A stretch of 64,000 nt of DNA from Candidatus Kapaibacterium sp. (GTDB lineage Bacteria; Bacteroidota; Ignavibacteria; Kapaibacteriales; UBA2268): assembly GCA_963664875.1 (NCBI GenBank), contig OY761611.1:448001-512000 (forward strand), written 5' to 3'. The notes below the pieces were generated by a model. That model saw nothing but the letters and a program-made list of their open reading frames with translations. It searched no databases and was not told the origin of the DNA. Below, one piece after another: positions 30,759 through 38,522 of this stretch. Position 1 is the stretch's first letter; every line of letters starts with the position of its first letter. The position numbers and the translations under genes are program-made.

Positions 30759-30776
30759 TTTAAGAGGTATCTTAAA
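30759..30776. promoter_or_regulatory. Palindromic candidate operator in divergent promoter region
   Basis: tttaaga-ggta-tcttaaa with perfect 7-bp arms. Confidence 0.45.
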
Positions 30777-30820
30777 ACGATAAGTACTATTTTACTTTTA
30801 AAATAACCATCAATGAAACA

Positions 30821-31183
30821 ATGAAACAAATATTTAACATACTGTTTTCGATAATACTATTCGTCGCAACTTTGCTCTCGATGCATAATGAAGCTGTGAA
30901 TGGACATTATCATGTTTCAGAAGATGGAATTACATATTATCATGTGCATCCTTACGATCATCACGAAAATAGTGATTCTCCATTAAAAGACCATACACAT
31001 TCTAAAGTTGAATCAGTTATATATCTAAGCTATACACACCCTCTTTTTATTCTAAGTAGCATTTTTTGCTTCATAGTATATAGCTTATATAGGAAAATTG
31101 ATTTTAAATCTTCAAAAATCTTTGCTTTTTCACTGCAAGAATCCTTCGACAGTAGTGAGTTACGTGCTCCACCGGCTTTGTAA
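30821..31183 (+). CDS. His-rich leader protein ending in RAPP arrest-like motif
   Basis: N-terminal hydrophobic segment, 10 His (HYH, HVHPYDHH, HTH), second hydrophobic segment, C-terminal LRAPPAL*. Confidence 0.8.
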   Translation: MKQIFNILFSIILFVATLLSMHNEAVNGHYHVSEDGITYYHVHPYDHHENSDSPLKDHTHSKVESVIYLSYTHPLFILSSIFCFIVYSLYRKIDFKSSKIFAFSLQESFDSSELRAPPAL

Positions 31184-31293
31184 AACAAATCTATTAATGC
31201 CTCTAATTCTTTTCCAATAAATACAGCCTATTGTATTATTGGTTCATATTAGCACATACACTATAATTTTTATACTTAATAATGGGGATTACT

Positions 31294-32574
31294 ATGAAAT
31301 TAGTAAACTTTTTACTTATTACATTTATGATTTCTGCCAACTTACTACATGCAGAAACGGAAGAAGTTACAATAACTACTGGTGTAAGCTACCAAAATAC
31401 CGTTTGGTACTCATTGACAGGAGGAGTAGTCAAAGAAGCACCAAAAGATAACTGGGATTTAGCTTTCCAGACAGGACAAAACGGTGCAATTCATCTCAAC
31501 TGCCAAAAAGGCTATGAACTTTTTGAAATAGTAGATTCTGACGAGTTTTCTTGGGATGCTACTATAGATACTACTGACTTCAGAAACTCAAAGAATTTTG
31601 TTTCTTGGCTCAACTCGGAAGGATCTTGGAATGTTGGCGCATTTAATACCGGGAAAAACGGATTTGAGGACAATGGAGAATTCGGTTGGGGTGCTTATGA
31701 TTTGTCAGATCATGGGATAAAAGGCAATAAACTATTTATGCTTATAACACCCGATAAACAAGTAAAAAAGATATTTATATCTAAATTATTGAACAGGAAA
31801 TATGACTTCAAATATGCTGATTTAGACGGATCAAATGAAGTATATGCTACTGTTAATAAAAATGACCGACCTGATGTATCATTTATCTACTTCGACTTTG
31901 CAACTAATGCAATACTTACAGAAGCTAGAGAACCTAATAGTTCTGACTGGGATTTGGTTTTTGGAAAATACACAATAGCTTACCCAACAGGTGAAGGAAC
32001 ATTTATGCCTTATCCTGTTACAGGAATCAAACAAAATCAAACAGTTTTAGCTGTTCAATTAGATGATGTAGATGTAGATAATGTAGCTGAGCCTGCCGAT
32101 GAATTGTTTGAAGAAAATATTACAATAATAGGTTCAGACTGGAAAAAATATAACATGTCCACAGGTGTTTATGAAATCACACAAAACAGAGTTTACTTTT
32201 TAAAAGATGTTGCCGGCATATTATTCAAATTAGTTTTAAAAGATTTTTCCGGAAGCCAAGACGGAAAATATGTTTTCGATCAAACACGCATGGGCTCTTC
32301 GGTTAGCGAAAGTCTCTCAAACTTGAACTTAGCAATATATCCTAATGTGATTGAAAAAAATGAAACATTCAATGTAGTATTGAGTGATGAGATTCCACAA
32401 GAGTATAATCTTTCCATAGTAGATTTGGCAGGAAATAAAGTAATGTCTCAGATAGTAGAATCAGACTATTTGAAAACAGTCACTTTGAATAGCAGCACAC
32501 TTTCAAGTGGTGTTTACTTTATTACACTTTCAAATTCGACAGGGATTATATCTAATAAAATTATCGTGAGATAA
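31294..32574 (+). CDS. HmuY-like protein with T9SS (Por) C-terminal sorting domain (likely start ATG 31294)
   Basis: NWDLAF and DWDLVFGKY repeats, IGSDWKKY; CTD IYPN...SSGVYFITL...KIIVR. Confidence 0.8.
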   Translation: MKLVNFLLITFMISANLLHAETEEVTITTGVSYQNTVWYSLTGGVVKEAPKDNWDLAFQTGQNGAIHLNCQKGYELFEIVDSDEFSWDATIDTTDFRNSKNFVSWLNSEGSWNVGAFNTGKNGFEDNGEFGWGAYDLSDHGIKGNKLFMLITPDKQVKKIFISKLLNRKYDFKYADLDGSNEVYATVNKNDRPDVSFIYFDFATNAILTEAREPNSSDWDLVFGKYTIAYPTGEGTFMPYPVTGIKQNQTVLAVQLDDVDVDNVAEPADELFEENITIIGSDWKKYNMSTGVYEITQNRVYFLKDVAGILFKLVLKDFSGSQDGKYVFDQTRMGSSVSESLSNLNLAIYPNVIEKNETFNVVLSDEIPQEYNLSIVDLAGNKVMSQIVESDYLKTVTLNSSTLSSGVYFITLSNSTGIISNKIIVR

Positions 32575-32577
32575 AAA

Positions 32578-34776
32578 ATGCGATTTTTCACTATGACCTT
32601 TATTTTTATTTCATTGCTGGGCGCACTAAACGCGTCCGGCAGTGAAGATATTATCCAGATTATGGACAAAGAAACTAAAGAGCCTATACATTCTGCTACA
32701 ATAACGATAACAAGTAAAGAACAAAAAAAGATGATCAAGGCAGACAAGTATGGTAAATTTGTAAATCCTTTTCCATATCCCATATCAGTACAAATTACTT
32801 GTGTAGGATACTTAAGATTTTCTTACAAACTGAAATCAAATCCCGGTAAAATATATCTGGTACCTACAACTAAATACATGAATCCAATTGTTACCACGGG
32901 ACAGTTTACACCTCGTTCGACCCAGAAATCTGTTTATCCTGTCAAAGTAATTAGCAGTGAGACAATCAGCGAGCAGGCTGCCAATGATTTACGTGAACTA
33001 CTGAACACTGAATCAAATATCCGTATGTCGCAGGACGGTGTGTTAGGATCAAGTATGAGTATCAATGGTATTTCTGGAGAAAACATCAAGATTTTGATTG
33101 ATGGCGTACCTGTTATTGGTAGAATGGATGGGAATATAGACCTTTCTCAAATCAATCTGTCAAATATAGACAGAGTAGAAATAATTGAAGGTCCTATGTC
33201 TTCTGTTTACGGGTCAGACGCTTTGGGTGGAGTAATAAATCTTATATCTAAAGATCAAACAACTCCCGGGACAAAGATTAATGCTGAGACGTACTATGAG
33301 TCAGTAGGTAGAGTGAATGCTAACGCAGGTTTTAACTATTATGACGAAACTTATAAAACTGGACTCAATTTTGGTCGTAATTTCTTTAACGGATATTCCG
33401 AAAAAGATTATTTGAGAGCTGAAGAATGGTCACCTAAAGAGCAATATTTTGCAGACTTTAATGCTTCAATGAAAAAAGGAAATCACACGATTAAGTACCA
33501 AGCGAGCTATTTTGACGAATATATTCTCAAAAGATACGAACCTTATGATTTTTACAAAGAAAGAGCATTTGATGACAGGTTTTATACCGACCGATTTACA
33601 AATAGTCTATTTTACAATGCGAAAGTAAATGAGAATACTTACTTAACAGCTACTGCAAATTATTCTTTTTATCAAAGAATTCGTAATAAGTATTCAATAA
33701 ACAGAACAACCTTAGACGAAATTCTAGTTACTGACAAGGGCTCCCAGGATACTTCTAAGTTCAATACATATATATTTCGCTCTACTTTGAGTAGTGATAA
33801 ATTGTCTGATTATCTTGCTTATCAAATTGGTTTGGATTTTCAGTATGACGATGCTACGGGGCAAAAGATAGAAGGAAATCGACAAGATATTGGAGATTAT
33901 GCAGTTTTTGGCGGTGTTCAGATTTCTCCATTAGATGAAATTACAGTACAACCAACATTCCGATATAGTCACAATACCAAATACGATTCTCCCCTTACAT
34001 ATACTTTCAATCTGAAATACAATATCATCAACAACTTGATTTTCAGAGCAACATACGGCAAAGGATTTAGAGCTCCGAGTTTGAAAGAGTTATATTTAGA
34101 TTTTGTTGATTCTAATCACGAAATTACAGGCAATACAGACTTAGATGCAGAGGAATCAAAATCAGTAAATGCAGGATTTGAGTACAATGCTTTCTTTTCA
34201 GGTAGATTATTAAAAGTTGAGCCTCGTTATTTCTTTAATCAGATTGATAATAAAATCGAACTGGTAAAGGTTGATCCTAATTCAGAAAGACGAATGAATC
34301 AAAACATTTCAAGATTCAAATCAACAGGTGCTTCTTTGAATGTATCTTTCTTTTCTCACAACTATAATGTAAAAATATCATATAATTATACCGGAAGATA
34401 CAATCAATTATCAGAAACAAGATCTGATGCCGGTGAGTATTCGTTCTCTAATGATTTGCAGGCAAATTTTTCATGGCTGATACCATATTGCGGCACAAGA
34501 ATGTCAATATTTTATAAATACACAGGTAAACTTCCTTATATAGAACTCGTTGATAATACTATCCAAGAGTTATATATAGAAGATTTTCACACTCTGGATT
34601 TGACATTCAATCGCAAATTTTTTGATTTATTCATTCTAAATTTTGGTGCAAAAAATATATTTGATGTTAAATCAATAGCAAGTGGAATGGCATCAGGCGG
34701 AGCACATTCCGGCGGTGGAAATGCAATGATAAATTATGGTAGAACATATTTTGTTTCTATAGGAGTAGATTACTAA
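32578..34776 (+). CDS. TonB-dependent receptor, heme/HmuR-like
   Basis: Plug ILIDGVP, RVEIIEGPMSSVYGSDALGGVINLI; FRAP...H...GNTDL loop; terminal GRTYFVSIGVDY. Confidence 0.92.
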   Translation: MRFFTMTFIFISLLGALNASGSEDIIQIMDKETKEPIHSATITITSKEQKKMIKADKYGKFVNPFPYPISVQITCVGYLRFSYKLKSNPGKIYLVPTTKYMNPIVTTGQFTPRSTQKSVYPVKVISSETISEQAANDLRELLNTESNIRMSQDGVLGSSMSINGISGENIKILIDGVPVIGRMDGNIDLSQINLSNIDRVEIIEGPMSSVYGSDALGGVINLISKDQTTPGTKINAETYYESVGRVNANAGFNYYDETYKTGLNFGRNFFNGYSEKDYLRAEEWSPKEQYFADFNASMKKGNHTIKYQASYFDEYILKRYEPYDFYKERAFDDRFYTDRFTNSLFYNAKVNENTYLTATANYSFYQRIRNKYSINRTTLDEILVTDKGSQDTSKFNTYIFRSTLSSDKLSDYLAYQIGLDFQYDDATGQKIEGNRQDIGDYAVFGGVQISPLDEITVQPTFRYSHNTKYDSPLTYTFNLKYNIINNLIFRATYGKGFRAPSLKELYLDFVDSNHEITGNTDLDAEESKSVNAGFEYNAFFSGRLLKVEPRYFFNQIDNKIELVKVDPNSERRMNQNISRFKSTGASLNVSFFSHNYNVKISYNYTGRYNQLSETRSDAGEYSFSNDLQANFSWLIPYCGTRMSIFYKYTGKLPYIELVDNTIQELYIEDFHTLDLTFNRKFFDLFILNFGAKNIFDVKSIASGMASGGAHSGGGNAMINYGRTYFVSIGVDY

Positions 34777-35777
34777 TGAAAATAATATACATATTTATTG
34801 TTTCGATTATTTTTACTGCTTGTATCAAAGAAGAAACTCCTGTTGCGGCAGTGGAAAGAGCCTATACAGAGACAATTGCTTTGGGTGAGAACTATGCGGT
34901 ACAAGTTTATTATGACTTAGAAAACAAGAAAATTGCTGCATATAACGACTTTGAAATATGGGATTTAGCTATTAATTCAAATACTGATATGAATACAATT
35001 GTTCTGAATACTGCGAAAAATATGCGAATATTTCCGTTGCCGGGCAAAACATTCGATGAGGTCAGTCTATCTGATTTCAAAGCTGTTAACGAAGAAGATT
35101 GGCTGTATGATGCCCCCAGTGGTAATCAAGATACAACTGCCTTCGGAGTTTGGTGGCAAATAATAGATAATCAAATCGTTCCCAAAGATATTACCTATCT
35201 TCTGGATAGAGGAAAAGATTCCAAAGGTGATAAAATAGGCTCATATAAGCTTAAGATTGTTAGTGCTGACAAAGAATCTATTAGTTTTCGTTTCCAAAAT
35301 CTCAGAGCTGATGAAATTATAGATATTACAGTCATAAAAGACTCGAAAACAAACTTCAGTATGTTATCTATAGATTCTAAAGAACAAATTAGCATAGAAC
35401 CAAATAAAGAAGACTGGGATATTTTATTTACCAAACATACTGAGTTGCTTTTTACTTCCGAAGGTGATGCAATGTGGTATGGTGTAACCAGTATTTTATT
35501 AAATCCATACAATTGCACTGCAGCTTTCAATACAGATTCTACTTACAATCTAATTACCTTAGATTCAATTCCAAATTATACTTTTTCGTCTGATAGGAAC
35601 ACGATAGGTCATGATTGGAAATATTATGATTTAGATGCCGGAGTATATCTGATGAGGTATCGTAATACTTATCTGATAAAATCTAGAAATGATTACTATT
35701 TCAAGCTAAGATTTACAAGTTTTACAAATGCTTCCGGTGAAAAAGGTTATCCTGAGTTTGAATTTGAAGGACTATAG
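34776..35777 (+). CDS. HmuY-family lipoprotein
   Basis: Lipobox FTAC; WDLAI, DWDILFTK, IGHDWKYY, YFKLRFTSF..GEKGYPEFEF. Confidence 0.85.
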   Translation: MKIIYIFIVSIIFTACIKEETPVAAVERAYTETIALGENYAVQVYYDLENKKIAAYNDFEIWDLAINSNTDMNTIVLNTAKNMRIFPLPGKTFDEVSLSDFKAVNEEDWLYDAPSGNQDTTAFGVWWQIIDNQIVPKDITYLLDRGKDSKGDKIGSYKLKIVSADKESISFRFQNLRADEIIDITVIKDSKTNFSMLSIDSKEQISIEPNKEDWDILFTKHTELLFTSEGDAMWYGVTSILLNPYNCTAAFNTDSTYNLITLDSIPNYTFSSDRNTIGHDWKYYDLDAGVYLMRYRNTYLIKSRNDYYFKLRFTSFTNASGEKGYPEFEFEGL

Positions 35778-35819
35778 TCTTATATTTGCTTCCAATTATC
35801 CACATTATTTTGATGTCAA

Positions 35820-36269
35820 ATGAAAATTATAGTTCAAAGAGTTTTAAGCGCCTCGGTTTCAATAGATTCAAACACTCATGCAGAAATTGGTAAAGGAATA
35901 TTAGTTTTAGTTGGAATAACCCACAAAGACACTACTGATACTATGCAGTGGATTTGCAATAAAATTGTAAATCTCAGAATATTCCCGGATGAGGATGGTA
36001 AAATGAATAAATCTGTTCAGGATATTGGAGGCAGTATTCTTTTAGTTCCAAATTTTACTTTATATGGGACTCTGAAAAAAGGATTTCGTCCGAGCTATAC
36101 TGATGCTGCTCCCCCTGAGATTTCTCTTCCTTTATTTGAGCAAATTATCAGTCATTTGAAAAATATATGCAATTTGGATATCAAAGCCGGGGTATTTGGA
36201 GCTGATATGAAAGTATCACTTATCAATGATGGACCGGTTACGGTAACTATAAAAAAAGAGGCGGATTAA
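35820..36269 (+). CDS. dtd: D-aminoacyl-tRNA deacylase
   Basis: VQRV, LRIFPDEDGKMN, NFTL, FGADMKVSLINDGPVT. Confidence 0.95.
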   Translation: MKIIVQRVLSASVSIDSNTHAEIGKGILVLVGITHKDTTDTMQWICNKIVNLRIFPDEDGKMNKSVQDIGGSILLVPNFTLYGTLKKGFRPSYTDAAPPEISLPLFEQIISHLKNICNLDIKAGVFGADMKVSLINDGPVTVTIKKEAD

Positions 36270-36284
36270 ACACCCGCCTCTTCT
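36251..36284. terminator. Intrinsic terminator (strongest on minus strand)
   Basis: aaaaaaagaggcgg...ccgcctctt. Confidence 0.8.
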
Positions 36285-36398
36285 TAATTGAGTAGAAGAA
36301 ATACCATATCCCCTCAAATTACTTAAACCAATTTATCAGGAGTTAAATTGGAAAGAATACCATAGGTAAATATAATAAAATATTAGCAATTACAAAAA

Positions 36399-36770
36399 TT
36401 ATTTTTGATCTTTGATTGTTCTTAAACTTATTAGATGCAACGACACAAGAACAGCAATAATAACAAGCAACAGACTTAGCCAAATATTCGAAACAGCAAA
36501 GATTGCAGAGTAGAGTATCGAAATCCAGAGAAGAGATATAGTTAAGATTTTAACCCTTCTGGGCATAGCTTTTTTGTCTCGATAATTTTTGATATACCCA
36601 CCGAGGATTTTATTATCCATGAGTTTATTATAAAATTTCTCGGAGCTTTTTGCATAACACCATGCAGAAAAAAGTAAAAAGGGTGTTGTAGGCAAAATAG
36701 GTACAAATACACCAATTATTCCCATCGCAACTGAAACTGTACCTGCACTAATTAATAGTATCTTTTTCAA
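36399..36770 (-). CDS. YbaN/DUF454 membrane protein
   Basis: GIIGVFVPILPTTPFLL signature. Confidence 0.9.
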   Translation of the reverse strand: MKKILLISAGTVSVAMGIIGVFVPILPTTPFLLFSAWCYAKSSEKFYNKLMDNKILGGYIKNYRDKKAMPRRVKILTISLLWISILYSAIFAVSNIWLSLLLVIIAVLVSLHLISLRTIKDQK

Positions 36771-37434
36771 TAGTTGTATCCTTCATATGAAACTGTTTTA
36801 CTATACCTATGGGAATTTTTTCGCCAAGGAATTTTGGTTCAGTTTCGAATAATAAATCAATAAACACCTTAACCCTTGCAAAGTATTCTCGGATATATGT
36901 TTTCAAAGCATAATTAGAACTAACGGATTGAGCATTATATGCTACCGTCTCTAATCCTTTTTTTCTTGAAATAAAGATAGCTCTTTCATTGTGGAAATTC
37001 TGAGATATTATAGTATATTTCTTCTGACAAAATATCTTATTAGCTCGAATCACCGCATCTAAAGTTCTAAAACCTGCGTAGTCGAGATAAATAGCAGTGT
37101 CGGGGATTCCCATTTTTAATAGCTCAGTCCTCATCATCCAAGGTTCGTTATAATAGATTATTGAATTATCTCCACTAACAATAATATAATCTATTTTCCC
37201 TAATCGATAGAGATTAGTAGCTGCTTCAATACGATATTTGAAAAATAGATTGATTTTGCCATCTATAGTGTATTTACTCGTTCCAAGTAGTAAGCCTGCT
37301 TTATTATATGGTAGCTTATCTATAGAATCATAGATAAATTCATTTGAAAATGATTTAATAATGTTATTACTAAGCAATAACATCAAAAATGATGCAACGA
37401 TTGCAATCAATAAGCTAATCGAAATATATTTCAA
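36748..37434 (-). CDS. sanA: SanA/YdcF (DUF218) family protein
   Basis: LLLGTSK, VSGDN, YNEP, DYAGFRTLD, SQNFHNERA, REYFAR. Confidence 0.9.
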   Translation of the reverse strand: MKYISISLLIAIVASFLMLLLSNNIIKSFSNEFIYDSIDKLPYNKAGLLLGTSKYTIDGKINLFFKYRIEAATNLYRLGKIDYIIVSGDNSIIYYNEPWMMRTELLKMGIPDTAIYLDYAGFRTLDAVIRANKIFCQKKYTIISQNFHNERAIFISRKKGLETVAYNAQSVSSNYALKTYIREYFARVKVFIDLLFETEPKFLGEKIPIGIVKQFHMKDTTIEKDTIN

Positions 37435-37485
37435 AATCTTTCTTATCTTTCTATACCTTCTCTTTTAAGCTATAAACTTAAAAAA

Positions 37486-38457
37486 TCATCTCAAAGGAGA
37501 AAACACATGAACTGAGTTAGTCTGAGGTTTTACAGTTTTAAGATATTTATATATTGCTCGTAAATCTTCGTCTTTCATATTAGCATAAGCCGCCCAAGGC
37601 ATCTCAGTATTATAACTTCCTTTTTTAATTGAAGGCAGGTTATTCAGGTCTTTGTAGCTCTTAAATCTGTTAACAAACATTTCTTCTGTCCAGCGGCCTA
37701 TGCCTGTATTAAGGTCTGAAGTAATATTTGGAGATCTAACAGTGTCCTGAGTTGGCAAAATAAATTGCATTCCACCGGAAAACTCTAAATCATATTGAGG
37801 TCTACCTTTTACAGAAGGAGTATGACAAGTTCTACAACCGGCTATGTACGCAAGATATTTCCCTTTTTCAATCTCAGTTTTCGGATTTTCCATAGGTTCG
37901 GCTTCTGAAGGAATCATTCTCATAATCAAACTCATAGGAAAAGAAGGTTCTGATTTGGGAACTTCTTTATTTATTGTAGGAATAGTCCTTAGGTAAGCTA
38001 TAATAGATTTTACATCATACTCAGTCATTTTTCCGTAATCTTTGTAAGGCATCATTGGGAACAACGGACGACCATCTTTTGATACACCGGTTGTAATAGT
38101 ATGGTACAAATCTGAATCTGACCAATTAGAAAGGAAATGAGGAGTTAAGTTAGCTGCATAAAAACTACCGGGAAATCCTTGGTCTTTCCCAAACAGCCTA
38201 CCACCGGCACCTTTTCTTGATTCAATAACAGGAGAAGAAAACACCTGTTCATTGTTTTCAGAATGGCAATGGAAACAATTTGTAACGTTTTCTACTAAAT
38301 ATTGACCTCTATCTATCATTGCAGAATCAACGTTGATAGATATTTCTTTTTTTGTTCCTACAGAAGGTAAAAACGTATAAACAATAAATAGCATGATTAG
38401 GGTGCCTAAAATGACAAATCCAAACATACCTATCCCGATTTTTATTGCTGCTTTCAT
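37486..38457 (-). CDS. Membrane-anchored diheme cytochrome c
   Basis: Two CxxCH motifs (CFHCH, CRTCH), ANLTP/PNITSD, PMMPY and EMPW Met ligands. Confidence 0.9.
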   Translation of the reverse strand: MKAAIKIGIGMFGFVILGTLIMLFIVYTFLPSVGTKKEISINVDSAMIDRGQYLVENVTNCFHCHSENNEQVFSSPVIESRKGAGGRLFGKDQGFPGSFYAANLTPHFLSNWSDSDLYHTITTGVSKDGRPLFPMMPYKDYGKMTEYDVKSIIAYLRTIPTINKEVPKSEPSFPMSLIMRMIPSEAEPMENPKTEIEKGKYLAYIAGCRTCHTPSVKGRPQYDLEFSGGMQFILPTQDTVRSPNITSDLNTGIGRWTEEMFVNRFKSYKDLNNLPSIKKGSYNTEMPWAAYANMKDEDLRAIYKYLKTVKPQTNSVHVFSPLR

Positions 38458-38522
38458 CTATTTTCCTTTTAGATATTTGACAAAGTGATACTAAATATTC
38501 TTAACTTTTATATCCGACCAAT

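Noticed and set aside
31239-31451. 70-aa ORF overlapping the start of the hmuY-like gene
   Set aside because: TTG start, no RBS, out-of-frame overlap with a clear CDS, no recognisable composition
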